A stretch of DNA of 64,000 nt from Piromyces finnis finn (taxonomy: Eukaryota > Fungi > Neocallimastigomycota). Under the pieces are notes generated by a model. It saw only the letters and a program-made list of their open reading frames with translations, made no database searches and was not told where the DNA came from. How positions within the stretch are numbered: position 1 is the first letter of the stretch; each line of letters begins with the position of its first letter. This document shows positions 33,327 to 47,239 of the stretch, in pieces. Both the position numbers and the translations under genes were made by a program. The stretch spans positions 1 through 64,000 of the forward strand of contig MCFH01000077.1 of the NCBI GenBank assembly GCA_002104945.1. The letters run 5' to 3'.

Positions 33327-36063
33327 TTTAAGATTTTGAAATTGAAAATAATAATGGATTTTGTAATAATAATTACAATAAATAATATTATAAAATATAG
33401 TTGGTGTTTTTTTTTCTTTTCTAATAAGATATGAAAAATATAAACATTAAAGTTTTAAAATAAAAATGGAAAAAAGCTTTTTGGGAAAAAAAATGAGAGA
33501 ATAATGAACATTATATACTATTTTTTTTACGACTAATTGTAAAAAAAATATAAAGATTAAAGTTCAGTTTTAAATTCACCGAAATATTATAAAAAAAGGT
33601 TTTATATAACATAAAAAAAATGAGAATTATTATAAAAATTCTCAAAAATTAGTCAAACTTAATTTCATAAAAAAGCATTCCATTTTTAATTATTACCTAC
33701 ATTTCTAGTGGTTTTTCTTTTGTAATCCACATTTTATTCGTAAATGATAAATTAGTTCATTTTAAGATAATTGTAAAGATACTTTTTAATATAAATGAAT
33801 TCATTAAAGATAATTATAACATTATTTTTAATAAGTCATATTATTTGAAACTATTTTATTAAATAATATAAATACAACCTATTAGGAAAATAAAAAAGGG
33901 TTTCTTTTTCTTTATTATTGGAATGATTTATTACTGTAAATTTTATTTGTTATCAATAAAAATAAACTATTTCTTTTTTAATATCCGAAAAATATTAGTA
34001 AATTGACTTTCTAATGTATTTTTTTTTTTTTTTTTCATTTTTCCTATATTAAATAATTATTTACTTTATTATTATTTATAATATTTTAAACTATTTTTTA
34101 ATATTTACTTTAATATTATATTTTATAGTTTAAAATTAAATAAATAATTATAAATATTATCCTTTTAATATTATGTTTTTTTTTTTTTTTAATATTATTT
34201 TTTATAGTTTTAAAACAAGAAAAAATAATAAATAAAAAAAGTTCCAATTACAATTAATAATTAAACTTTAATAAAAATAAAAAAACATTGATAGTAGAAA
34301 TATTAAACTTTATCAATATTTTTTACTTTGTTTTTATTTTTATTAAAATTTAAATTCATTAAAAAATGACCGAAAGTTTTTATTTTTATTAAAATTTAAA
34401 TTCATTAAAAAATGACCGAAATGAAAAGAAAAAAAAGGACAAATTATAATTTTAATATATAATAAATGGTAACTTTTAATTACCACATAATTAATAATTC
34501 AAAATAGTTTAAGAAAAAGGTTTCAAGTTATATATATTATTTTTTTTTTATTCCGTTGTTATATCTTTATTTATATATATTCAATACTAGATGATTCTTT
34601 ATTTTCCTTGATCTTAATAATATTTATCATTGTTTTCCTTTTTTTTTTTTTTTTTCCCACAATTATAAAATACCGATCAAGATAATTCATTGAACATTAC
34701 CATTAAAATTAAAATTAAAATGTATATGCTATTACTATTCTCTAGTATTTCTTCAGTGTCATTAAAATAATAAACTTTTAATATAATTTAAATCAAAAAA
34801 AGATAAAGTTAATAATAACAATTATAACTACTTTATAAAATAAAAAAAAAAAAAAAAAAAGCAGAATAAACTATTTTCTTTTAAATTATTGTATATTGAA
34901 TTAGTTTATCAAAATGTTACACTACACAAAAATAGTAATAATATTATTACTATAAAAAAAAAAGAGTATATTTAAAATGTAGAACAAACTTTTTTTATAA
35001 AAGCATTCATTTTAAAAAAAAATTTTTTTATTTTTGGAATTATATAATATTATGGATATATAGATATAAATAGGTAAATAAAATAAACTTTTATTTTAAA
35101 ACAGTATAAAATATATATTTTGAATTTTACTTATAATGTATTATGTATTATAAGCATGAATAAATCCATCTCTTCAAGATAATTTTATTGAATTACCTCT
35201 TTAATTTTTATATTAATAAAAAATGTAACATTATTTATTTGAGTATAATATGGCTTTATAATATATTGAATTAAGCCACATACATTACAAAATTATTTTC
35301 TAAAGTGTATCATAAAGTTAGAAAGAAATTTAAAATTTACTTTGTTGGAATTACAAAACTTCTTTTCAAAAAGAACTATTTTTTTCTTTTACTTTCTACT
35401 GTTGAATTATGTAGTAATAATTATAATAAAAATGATATTACTACATTAATGTATATATATATAATATATAATATATATAGCATAGAATAATGAATAAAAT
35501 TCATGACAATAAATAGTATTATATATATGATGATGTGATAGGTTATCTTTAATATATTCATCAATAAATAGTGATAAATTTATATACAAGTTATATATGT
35601 TATATATGTTATGAATAAACCATTTCGAATTATAAATACTTTTGTTTATTTGATGTTATTTCTAATTATGAAGAATCGTTGAAAATGTACTTTTAGAAAA
35701 TTTTTTACTTTGAATATAATAATAATATATATTTTTATTTTGAAAATAAAATATCTCTTTTTTTTTTTATTATTTTGAAAAAGTTTTTATTTTACCACAA
35801 TATACAAAAATTATGTTTTGAATTCAGTGTTCTATTGACATTTTAAAAAGGAATATAGGTATATTTCATACATTTTCATTTTTATATTTTTAGAAAAAAA
35901 AAATACAAAAATACAAAAATTAACCATTTTGAAGATTGGTATTGGGTTTTATTTTTATAATTATATTCTATATTTTGGTATCTGTTGGATTTATTACAAT
36001 ATCTATAACAGCATTTGGGTTTTTAATAGATGATATTGACAATTTAACATTATTATTATTTAT

Positions 36064-36426
36064 TTATTTATTATTATCAGTATTATCATTATTATTATTA
36101 TTATCAGTATTATTATTATTATTATTATTATCAGTATTATTATTATTATTATTATTATCAGTATTATTGTTGTTGTTGTTGTTGTTTTCAACGACATTGA
36201 AAGTTTCTTCATAGGATGGTGGCAACTCTGTAATAATTACTTGAGTTTTGGGGGAAGGTGGAGTGTATGGTGGTAGAATGTCTTCTGGTTTATTAGCATC
36301 ATCTATTACCACTTCTGATAATTGATTAGACTGTTCTTCATCTTCTCTTGGACAAATAAATATAAAATCCAAAATAAAATACAAAAGAACTATCATGAGA
36401 ATAAAATCAAAAACAGCCAACATCAT
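36064..36426 (-). CDS. Small single-pass membrane protein with PY motifs (1 of 4)
   Basis: N-terminal hydrophobic helix, DILPPYTPP and LPPSYEE, N-rich tail with 24-bp repeats. Confidence 0.75.
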   Translation of the reverse strand: MMLAVFDFILMIVLLYFILDFIFICPREDEEQSNQLSEVVIDDANKPEDILPPYTPPSPKTQVIITELPPSYEETFNVVENNNNNNNNTDNNNNNNNTDNNNNNNNTDNNNNNDNTDNNK

Positions 36427-38252
36427 TTTTAAAAAAGTTAAAAAGGTATTATTTTAATTGCTTTTTTTTTTTTTTATTAATAGTTTTTATAGTTTTATTA
36501 TTTTGAATTGTAGCTAAATTGTTGTTTTAGGATTTTCTATTTCTTTTTATTTTTTCTTTTTATTTTGATAAACCCAAGCTTCTTCGCTCGTTTCTTTTCG
36601 TAGCTTATTACGTTTTTATAAAAATCCTTTTTTGCTGCCTTTCTTCGTTTCAAAAAAAAAAAAAAAAAAAAAAGCGAAATTCAAACGTTTTTATTTTATT
36701 TTCAAAATTTAAAGTGCGGATTTTTTCTAAATTTTAATTTAAATTAATTAAAAATGGAAGGAAAAAAAAAATTCTTTAAATTTTTTGTGTAACTAACTTT
36801 TATTAAAAAAAAAAACTTTTTTTTTATGGATGAGGTGGAATGCCTGCAAAATTTTATTATTCTTTTCGTTATTCTTGTTGTTATTAATTATTATTACTTT
36901 TGTTCTTATTATTACTGATGTTGTTACTACTTTTGTTGTTGTTTTAGTGAAAAATTAAGAAAAAATTTGAATTATTTATATTTCATTTTCATTTTAATCT
37001 TTTTTTTTATTTTCCATCTTTCAAAAAAAAAAAAGATTGTTCAATACAATGTATAATATATAATGATTATAATATAATATATAATGAAATTATAAACTTA
37101 ATATATTATATAATGTAATTAAAAATATATTCATTATTTCAATAAACAATAAAATAAATTAATTTTCCATCAATTATATTTACAATATATTATTAGTGTA
37201 TTGTACAATACAATAATATAATGAATAATATGTTACAATTTGAAATGTTTTAGGTATTCTTTCTATTTAAATAGAATAATAATTATAATATATTAGAATA
37301 TATTGTAATATATGTAATTGTATGTAAATTAATTAAAAATGTCAGTTAAAAACTTTTATAATAAACTATGAAATAGGAAATAGGAAATACTTTTACTACT
37401 ACTAAATGCCTATGGTAGTATTAAATACCACTAATAATAACTTGTGGTAGTAATAAATTAATTACCACTTTGTATAGCTTAATAACATCTTAAAATATTA
37501 ACCTTTTTTTTTAATCACAAAACTCATTTAAAGAAATTGATAGTTTAATAGGTAGAAATGAATTTATTTAATTACTATTCATTCATTCATTTATTTATTA
37601 TTTATTAAAATAATCATCCACTTCAAAAAGCATGTGAAAAATCTAAATTAATAATATAATTATAATGTATTATAATATATATTATATTAAAATAATATAT
37701 TAAAAGTATTATAAATAAACAATGAATAATTAAAAACTTTAAATATATTTTAATATAATCTAATATATTACTATAAATAATTAATATTATTTTAAAATTT
37801 ATTTAAATCATTCATTTAATTTTATTAATTATGAGTTATTCTATGTGAGATGTACTATATTCATGTGATATATATCATGTATATCATGTGGAATAAATAA
37901 ATAAATGAAAAAAATACATTTTTAAAAAATAAAAATCATAAATAGTCCTTTTCAATAAAAAAATTTTTTATTTCTTTTAGGCATTTAAACTAATAAAATA
38001 TATTATTATAAAAGAATAAAAGAATATTGTAAAAAAAAAAAAAAAAGACATATGTATAGATATATAAATTTTGTTTTATAATTATGAGAAAAGAAATAAA
38101 AAATAGAATTTTATTATAATACAATATTTTTTCATTATTATTAATAGTAAAACAACTATTAATACAATAAATACAATATACAATATACATTATTCCAATT
38201 ATTAATTATTAATTATTATTATTATTAAATATTATTAAATGTTATTATTAAA

Positions 38253-38288
<36 letters not shown>

Positions 38289-38350
38289 ATGTTATTATTA
38301 AATATTATTATTATTATTATTATTAAATATTATTAAATGTTATTATTAAA

Positions 38351-38384
<34 letters not shown>

Positions 38385-38477
38385 GTTGTTGTTATTGTTG
38401 TTGTTGATATATATTTATACATTATGATTTATATGATTCATTAGTTTTAAATATTATAATGAAGAAGATAATGATTA

Positions 38478-38831
38478 TCACTCTATATCTTCTTCAATAG
38501 AAATGTTTTTTGATTTCATTATATCATTATTGTTATTCCCCTTATATTCTATGGAAATAGATAATGATGATGGAATGATATCAATAAAAGTCTCTGGGAT
38601 AGTATTACTAATAGAGTTATGAATTACAACAGGTGGAGTATATGGAGGAAGAATATCATCATTATCAACAATTGAAATCATTTGTTCATTCATTTGATGA
38701 GAATTTAAAGATTGAGAAGTTGATATACCACGGTCAACTTTTTTAATATTTAAATAATAAAAAAGGAATACACGAATTACTGTAATGAATATTATATAAT
38801 ATACAAAGATGGCAATAATAAAGAATTCCAT
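38478..38831 (-). CDS. Small single-pass membrane protein with PY motif (2 of 4)
   Basis: First ATG at 38831 (MEFFIIAIF...), TM helix, DDILPPYTPP; the second PY motif is absent. Confidence 0.7.
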   Translation of the reverse strand: MEFFIIAIFVYYIIFITVIRVFLFYYLNIKKVDRGISTSQSLNSHQMNEQMISIVDNDDILPPYTPPVVIHNSISNTIPETFIDIIPSSLSISIEYKGNNNNDIMKSKNISIEEDIE

Positions 38832-40123
38832 TTTATATATACTAAAAATTATTTGCAAAATTACTATATACTATCTAATATATATTCTTTTTTTTTAAAA
38901 AGTATTTTAAAATTTCTTAATATAACAAATTTATATGTTAATAGTAGTATTCAATAAAATAATAAAAAAAAAAAATAGGGAAATTACATAACAATTTATA
39001 TAAAATTAAAAAGATATAAAAATAAAAAGAATCATCTTTTATGAATTATTTTTTTTAAAAAGTATTCTTTATTTATCATTATTATCATTATTAATATTTT
39101 ATTTTTTTGGGATCCTATTATTAATATATTCCATTCATTATGTAAATTTCAATGTATTTTTATTTTTAGTAACTGCTACACTAAACAACAATGAAGAAAA
39201 TGTTAAAACTAATTAATTTATTATAAAAATTATATGAATTAAAAAGATAGAAGTAAAATATGTGAAGAAATTGAAAATAATATTTGATATTTGTTATATT
39301 CATTTATAAAAAAAAAAAAAAACTTTTAATAACGACATTCCTAATCATTTTATTATAAAAAAATTAATATAGTAAAAAAAAATTTAAATTTTAGATGATG
39401 AAAATAAATAAAAAAAAAAGAGAGAAATTCATATAAAAAGATTATATTTAAATATACACAAATTATTTTTTCCTGTTTTATTCTCATTTTTACTTTAATA
39501 TAGTATTAAAACTATATATAATGTATTGTTCATATTATTATTACATAAAATCAATATTAATAGTAATATGTTAATATGCAATTTACTAATAAAAAATTAT
39601 AAAATATTGAAATATATTTGAAAAGAGAGGAAATAGTCTTGATAAAATATATATATATATATAAAAGAAAATGTTAAATATAAATATATATACAAATAGA
39701 TTAATTAAATAAAATATATAAACAACAAAAAATAAAAAAAAAAAAAAAGGTTTATTAAACTTTACTGAAAGTAATAATATTAAAAAAAAATAATAAAATA
39801 GGGATAGTAATAAAAAGATTAGCTAAAAAAAAAAAAAAAAAAACACATTATTTATTTAATATCATATATATATATGATATATATGTTTAATTTATTGATG
39901 TTTTTATTTAATTTTATTTTATTTTATTTTATTTTAATGTATTTAAATTGATGTATAAAATAGAGAATAATTGAATTATAGTTTTCTATGATATAATGTT
40001 TCTTTATTAATAATATTGATTATATATATATATATTATTTATTAAAAAATAAAGGTTTAATTTAATAAGAAAAAAAAAAAGAATAGTAAAAATAAAAAAG
40101 TAATAAAGTAAAATATTTTTCAT

Positions 40124-42249
40124 TTAATGACTTGAAAAATCTGAAGTTTTAATACTATTATCGGTATAATTATTGGTGCTTGCTGCTTCTTCTTTATAAT
40201 GAAAACTAATAAGTTTTAATACAACATTATTAGATTCATTATCATTGTTACATGTTTCATCTTCTTTTTTAACATCATTATTATCTATTATGGTTTCTTG
40301 ACCATTGACACTGATATCAAATGTTTTTACTGCTGAATTTCCATCTGCTTCATTTGATATAAATTTATTATTAATATTTTTAATAAATGTTGATTTTATA
40401 TCTTTTGCCATAAATCCTTGAATGATGCGAAAACCGTAAAAACAAATATAATTTATTAATGAAACAAATATATAGATGGAGGAATGAAGTATAAAATAGA
40501 GCGAACAATCTACACTTTTATTAATGTTTGTTTTATTGATGATTGTGTAGATAATGAGTAATAAAATTTCACTGTAAACACTAACCGATAAAAATCGAAC
40601 ATCGTAAAAGGTTTCTTTAATATTCCATTCAATAAAAATTAAAATACAAATCATCAAGAGTGAAATAAATTTATAGGAAAGATTGATAATAATCATAATT
40701 TGACTTAAAGGAGTTACTGAAGAACATACACTGAAATTTTTGTGATTAAAATCAATTTCATTTACTACACTGTAGGGATAAATGACAGTGAATATGTTTA
40801 CAAATAATTCTATACCAAAAAGTATAAGCATGAAGGGATATCGATGTTTATTGGCCCACTTAGAAATTTTATTTTCTTCTGGAAAGTTAATAACTAGTCG
40901 ATGAAGTATTGGAGAAATACTCAAGGTAACTCCAAAAGAAAGAATGATCAATCTAAATCGACATTTGGTGACAGTTATTTCTCCATATTCTGTGAGTGTG
41001 GTTAACATGACCATTACGATACCAATCATTGAGATTAACCAAGAATCAAAAGATAAAAATTCTAAAAATTGTCCGTACTTATCAATAAAATTAAATACAA
41101 GGGATCCCAACATCACAATGACTAATACAGATATAAGTATCATGGTTATTTTTCCAACATAAGAATCTGGAGAATCAACAGAAACCCAAAATGTTTTTGT
41201 TAAATTATCAATATTTTTGAGGGTATCTTCAGCCGTAATATTATTATTAAATAAAAAGGGTAAAAAGTATTTTCTAACATTTTCCGAATATCTATCATAA
41301 TTCATGGTTTCATACACAGGTCGTCCAACTAATTGATGGCTTTTAAAAAATTCACAATCAACTTGTTCACATACCTCAGGATCATCAAAAATTCCATCAA
41401 CAATAGTATATAAGTTCTTTTCAATCAAATTTCTTTTTTGTACTTCTTTTGACGTAATGTATTTCACAAGTTCTACCGATGCTATCCTTTTTTCTTCAGG
41501 AGAATACATAGAAATACCAACATTTGATCCACCAATAATTGATCCTGATATTCCCTTTTTATATCCTGGGAGTGTACTTGGTTTATATAAAGGATAAGCA
41601 CCATTAACATACCAACCTTTATAAAATAAAATATCACCTTCATACACTAAAATAACTAAATCTGTAAAAGATTTATAAACTTCCTCTATTATTAATTTTT
41701 AAAAATAATTTTTTTTTTTTAAAAAAAAGTATACATAGATGTATATATATTAATATAAATATCTATATTTTTTCATATTATATATATATTTTTTTCACTA
41801 AATAGTAATATAGTAATGTATATAATTATATAATTTTAAAATTATATATATATCATACCTAAGGATAAATCATCTTTAATTTTTCTTATCATATTTAAGG
41901 CATTAATAGATTCTGTACTTTGCAGTGATGGGAAAGGTGAATTTAAATCTTTTCTATAGGAGTAAATAAAATCAAGTAAGGAACATGTCGTCATTTCATT
42001 ATCTATAGATAACATACATTTTTTGATTGTTATAAAATAAAGTTAACAATGATAGTGGTAGTGGTAGTAGTGGTGGTTTTAGTGATGGAGACAAATAATC
42101 ATAATAATAATAGTAGTGATAGTAATGGTGTACGAATGATAATGATATTAATGATTGATAAAAATTAATTAAAAACAAAAAAATATAAATAATTTTGAAA
42201 TATAAATTTTCTTAATATTTTATATAACTTTATGTAGTTTTTTCTATTG

Positions 42250-42296
<47 letters not shown>

Positions 42297-43116
42297 TTAC
42301 CTAAAAAGCCACCATTGTAACTAACTAAATTTTTATTATTTAATTTTTTTTCTTCTTCAATAACGTATTTTCCTATTTCTATAAGTTCTTCCCATGTTTC
42401 TGGTGGTGATAAATTATATTTATCTAATAATTTTATATTCGAATATAAAACACTTATATCAATAGATACAGGCTAATATATATATTTAAATATATTGAAT
42501 TATATTGAATTTTTTTTTTTTTTTTTTTTTTTTTTGAATATTTATTTTTTTTATGAAAAGATATATCCATTAAAATATAAAAAAGAAAGGTATTAATATA
42601 TCATCATCATATATAAAAGGGATTAAAAATTAAAAATTATTCTATTAGTTTTTTAAAACTATTTTGAATCATTTACCAATCCTACTAATTTATTTTCATA
42701 ATAACATAATTGAGAAAGTATATTTTTATTAAATGAATTGATATGTTCTTCCGATAGATAGTCATTTAAATCGATAAAGTATGGTCCAAATCTATTAGAA
42801 TAAATATCATCATAAAAATATAAATCATATTTTGTGGATTTTTTTCTTAGTAAAGTTTCAATCATTGAACCATAATCATCCACTAATCCAGTAGAATTAG
42901 AAAATGTAAATTTATTTAATTTTACAACTATTCCAAGATTATTTTCCTTTGCATATTGATTAAATTTATTAATTAAAGGACCGTAAACATGAGCTTCTTC
43001 ACTATAAATAAGAGCCACAGCATTTAATATTATATCTTTCCCAATTGCTATGAATATTGAAAAAAAAAAAGGAAAATTATTATTACATTGAGATAGATGT
43101 ATAAAAAATAAATATA

Positions 43117-43156
<40 letters not shown>

Positions 43157-43207
43157 ACTTTTTTCTATTCCTAATAATATTAATAAAATAATGGATATTA
43201 AAAGCAT
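40124..43207 (-). CDS. 5-exon receptor: extracellular sugar-binding protein (SBP) domain fused to a 7TM GPCR-like domain, about 765 aa; exons 43207-43159, 43047-42677, 42472-42301, 42002-41859, 41685-40124
   Basis: GT-AG splicing keeps frame across all junctions. SBP motifs KYDLYFYD, LVGLPV.ID.SVLYSN.KLL.KY...PETWEEL and GISGS.IGG are followed by seven hydrophobic segments. This architecture is known from anaerobic gut fungi. Confidence 0.9.
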
Positions 43208-45458
43208 TTTAAGTAATTAATATCTAATTATTTATTTTCTTTTTTATTATAGATTTATTTTTTTTTATCATATTATAAAATATTTTTATTATTAATCTTT
43301 TTATCTTTTAATTTCCATATACATGAAAAAAAATTAAAAAAGATTATAAAAGATTAAAAAATATTATTATTATTATTATAATTAGATTAAATATTTGAAA
43401 TTCATTAAAGTATACGATCATTAACAAGTTTCCAATAGATTTAAATTTTTTTTCCTTTATTTTTTTTTTTATTCTATTAATAATAGAGTTCAATAAGGTT
43501 TAAGATATTCATGATTCCATTTTTTTTTATATTTTTCCAAAGATGAATGAATAACGCTCTATATATTCTTTATTTCTTTAAAAAAAAAATTATAAATAAA
43601 TGAGCAAAATTAAAATTCTAACTTTTAAAAAGTATAATATATGTATATATGTATATATTATAAAATTAAATCTTAATTTTAATATATGAATAAAAGAAAA
43701 GTGAAAAATGATGATAAATAAATTGCAAAACAAGTATTAAAAAATTCATATGAAATGAATAATTTTCATTTATAATAAAAGGAAATCAAAGGGTAAAAAA
43801 GTAATATTTATTTAAAATATTATATAAATATAAAAGAAAAAAAAAAAGATTTCAATAATCACTATTACCAATATACAAAAAAATTCATGTAGACGAATTA
43901 ATATTATTCATCTACCAAATTATTAGAAAATCAAATAATTACAAAAAAATTAAATTTCCTTTATCACGTTTAATTATTATATATAAAATAATGGAAAGAT
44001 GAGTGTAAAATCAGTGATTATAATTAATAATACGAATAAAGCTTCACAATAGAGAATTTGTATAAATGCTAAAGCAAAATAAGAAAATGTAAATTTAAAC
44101 ATTTTTATAGTTTAAAAAATAATTAAATTATAATTAGTGTTATTGAAAAAAAAATTTTATAGTAATATAAAATTTTAAAAGTATAAAAAGCTTATTATAA
44201 AAATATATACTTTAAATACTACTAATTTTATTAAAAGTTTAATTTCTATTTATTTTAAAATAATTAATTATTATATTTTGGAGGGAAAATAATAAAGATT
44301 ATTACAATAATAATAATAATAACCTATCATCTTTATCTTTATTATTATTTCTATTTTTATCTATAATCTAATAACCTTTATATCATTTTTTGAACTCTAT
44401 ATAAATTTTATTTAGAAAAGAAGAGGATTATGTAACCAGATATATTTAATAAACCTATATAATATTATAAATATAACTTTTTTTTATATTTTTTTTTTTA
44501 CTATTATATATGAAATTAAAGTTAAAATAATTTTTTTATATTTAATATAATTCATTATTATTGCTATAATCTTCTTTATCATTTTTATTTTTATTTATAA
44601 TCTAATAACCTTTTGTCGTTTTTTTTTTTTTTTTTGAAATATATAGTTTATTCAGAAAGATGATGGAGATGTTTTTTTAAACCAGATATATTTATAAGAT
44701 TCAATAAAACAATTATTAATAAAAAAATGATAACTATATAATATTATAAATATAAATATATATTTTATTTTATACTTTTTTTTTATTTTATATTATTTTA
44801 TTTCTACTTTAAATTATTTTTTTATTATATTTAATTTCTTTTTTTTTTTAAATAAAAAAGAAAAAAAGAAAAATTATAAAGTTTTCTTTATAACTCTTTA
44901 TTTTTTTTAAAAGTTTTAAAACAATAATTTTATTTTGAAATATGCAACTACTCTATTTTTTTTTTAAAAAAAAATTTTTAAAATAATAATTTTATGCAAC
45001 TACTAATTTAATACTCTAATAAAATAATAAATTTTTATTTTTTTTTTTTACCCATTTCTATTTTTTTTTATAAATCTAATACATCTTTTAAAAAAAAGAA
45101 AGTTCTTTAAAGGAATTTTTCAAATTATACTTTTTTTTAAAAAAAAATAATAATCATTTTCTTTCTTTTTAATAGTGGTAAAAATAAAACTAATAAAAAA
45201 AATCAGGGTTTCATTAATTTCATTTCCTTTTCAATTAGACTTCTTCTTCATTACATTTTTCTTTATAAAGGAAAATTCACAACTCTTTCCATTTTGTAAA
45301 AAAGAACTTTCTTTTTTTCTCTCATTATTGATTATTTATTTTTTACCCAAGTAAAAATTGTTAAAAAACCATAAATCAGCATCAAAAACTTTCCCCCCTT
45401 TTTTTTTCCTATAAGTTTTTCTATTTAGATTATCTATAATTCTTTTTTTTTTTCCTCT

Positions 45459-45764
45459 TTAAATATCATGTTCTCTTAAATCTATATAAGCTGGAGGAGG
45501 AACAGAAGGATATTCCTCATTCATTTGTATGGTATTTTCGTATGAAGGAGGTCCATTCTCATTATTTATTTCAATAATACAAGATTGTGGAGGAGAATAA
45601 GGTGGTAAAGTATCTATAGTTTTTGTATTATTTGAATTTTGTAATTCACGTCTACTACCATCAGGTATATCTTTACTTATAATAAAGAATAAATTTGGAA
45701 GACAACCAACACTAAAAATTAATAAGAAGGATGCTAATACAACTAAAAAAGAATAGTAATTCAT
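45459..45764 (-). CDS. Small single-pass membrane protein with three PY motifs (3 of 4)
   Basis: TM helix, DTLPPYSPP, GPPSYEN and PPPAY. Confidence 0.75.
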   Translation of the reverse strand: MNYYSFLVVLASFLLIFSVGCLPNLFFIISKDIPDGSRRELQNSNNTKTIDTLPPYSPPQSCIIEINNENGPPSYENTIQMNEEYPSVPPPAYIDLREHDI

Positions 45765-46061
45765 GTTTAGTTTTTTTATTTCTTTATCGTTATTTTTTTG
45801 AAAATATAATGTCTTTTATTGAATATTTTGTAAATATATATGAATTAATGGAATTTATTTTGACATTTATTTTTTGTTTTTATTTTTATTTTAAATCTTT
45901 AAATATTCTCTCACAATCTCTTTTTTTTTTTAATGAATTGAACCTTTTTTTTTTTTAATTATTATAATAAAAATGGGTAAATGATAAAAAGAAAAAAAAA
46001 GTAAAATAAAAAAAAAAGTTTTATATATAGATTAATTTTTTATTTGAAATAATTCATTCGA

Positions 46062-46205
46062 TATTTTTTTTTTTAACTTCCGAGTGCATTTCTCCCATCG
46101 ATCAGAGTTAGCTCCAATGGTGGTTCTTAGAGAAACGTTGGCTCATTCCTATTGCTAGGTGGTTGTGACCCTCCTGGTCTGTCATACTGTTTCTTCAGCT
46201 TCGAC
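46062..46205 (-). mobile_element. 144-bp retroposed insertion (SINE, 5'-truncated LINE or retrocopy) with polyA and 12-bp TSD
   Basis: TAATTCATTCGA is duplicated at 46050..46061 and 46206..46217. An A11 tail lies at the 3' end on the minus strand. The body is GC-rich relative to background and has stops in all six frames. Confidence 0.75.
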
Positions 46206-46709
46206 TAATTCATTCGAAAGTTTTATAGTATAATAATGATAATTAAAAAAAAAAAAAAAACACCAAATATCTGTCAAAGATTTTTTCTAAAAAAAGTTTT
46301 TTCGTACAATTCCTATAAAAAAAAAACAATTTTTTAACGTAACACAAGTTTATCTTTTTAATAGATTTAATAAACGTAACACAAATTTATCTTTCCATTT
46401 TTTTAATTTTTAAATTAAAATTTCTAAAAAAAGTAATTATTGATTAATTTAAAAAATGAAATATGCTTTCAATATCCAATAAAATCCCATATTTTAATTA
46501 AAATAATATAAAGTTTATTTGTATTTAAAATAAAAAATAATTAAAAAATGGAAAATAAATTAAAATTAAACTTTAATTTATAATAAAAATTTCTATTATT
46601 ATTCATTTTTTATATTAATAAATTTTATTAATAAATATAAACTTATTAATTAGTTAAATAAGTTATTGTTCTTCATTGTTGAATATTATATTAAATAATT
46701 ATTATCTAT

Positions 46710-46712
46710 TGC

Positions 46713-46797
<85 letters not shown>
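46710..46797. repeat. (TTA)n microsatellite
   Basis: Direct reading of the sequence. Confidence 0.9.
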
Positions 46798-46798
<1 letters not shown>

Positions 46799-46900
46799 GA
46801 TATTAGGTATTATTAAACACTTATTCAACTATTAATTATTATAACAATTATATAATTATATACAAGAAGGAGGGGGTAAAGCCCTTTATTTGATAAAAAC

Positions 46901-47239
46901 TTAAAGATGCGTATTATTTTGTTTAACAATTTCTTCATATGGAGGTGGTATTGAAGTTATATCAATAACGATATCAGGTGAATTAAGAGGAGTACTGGTT
47001 TGATAAACGATAGTAGAAATTCTAGGTATTTCAGAGTAGGGAGGAAGAATATCATCATCATCCTCTTCATGAACCCTTTGAACCATTTGATTTTCAATTT
47101 GAGAATTATTTATAGTATTATCTTCATTTTTATCATCTTCTGAAGAAAAACAATTAAAAATTTTAGAACGAAACAAGATCATATAAATGAAAATATAATA
47201 CATAAGAATTAAAATAAAACAAATTATTCCACAGAACAT
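46901..47239 (-). CDS. Small single-pass membrane protein with PY motifs (4 of 4)
   Basis: TM helix, DDILPPYSE and IPPPYEE. Confidence 0.75.
   Translation of the reverse strand: MFCGIICFILILMYYIFIYMILFRSKIFNCFSSEDDKNEDNTINNSQIENQMVQRVHEEDDDDILPPYSEIPRISTIVYQTSTPLNSPDIVIDITSIPPPYEEIVKQNNTHL

Noticed and set aside
35936-36214. Plus-strand Leu-rich 92-aa ORF
   Set aside because: Antisense reading of the (AAT)n tail of the PY protein gene.
44324-44700. Degenerate ~130-bp direct repeat; also small exact duplications at ~34335-34420 and ~53712-53795
   Set aside because: Local slippage-type duplications with no coding or structural signal.
46075-46220. U1, 5S, snR30/U17, RNase MRP or tRNA gene
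   Set aside because: Only short partial resemblances, and diagnostic motifs (ACUUACCUG, m2 AAACCAU, cloverleaf) are missing. The TSD and polyA explain it better as a retroposed insert.
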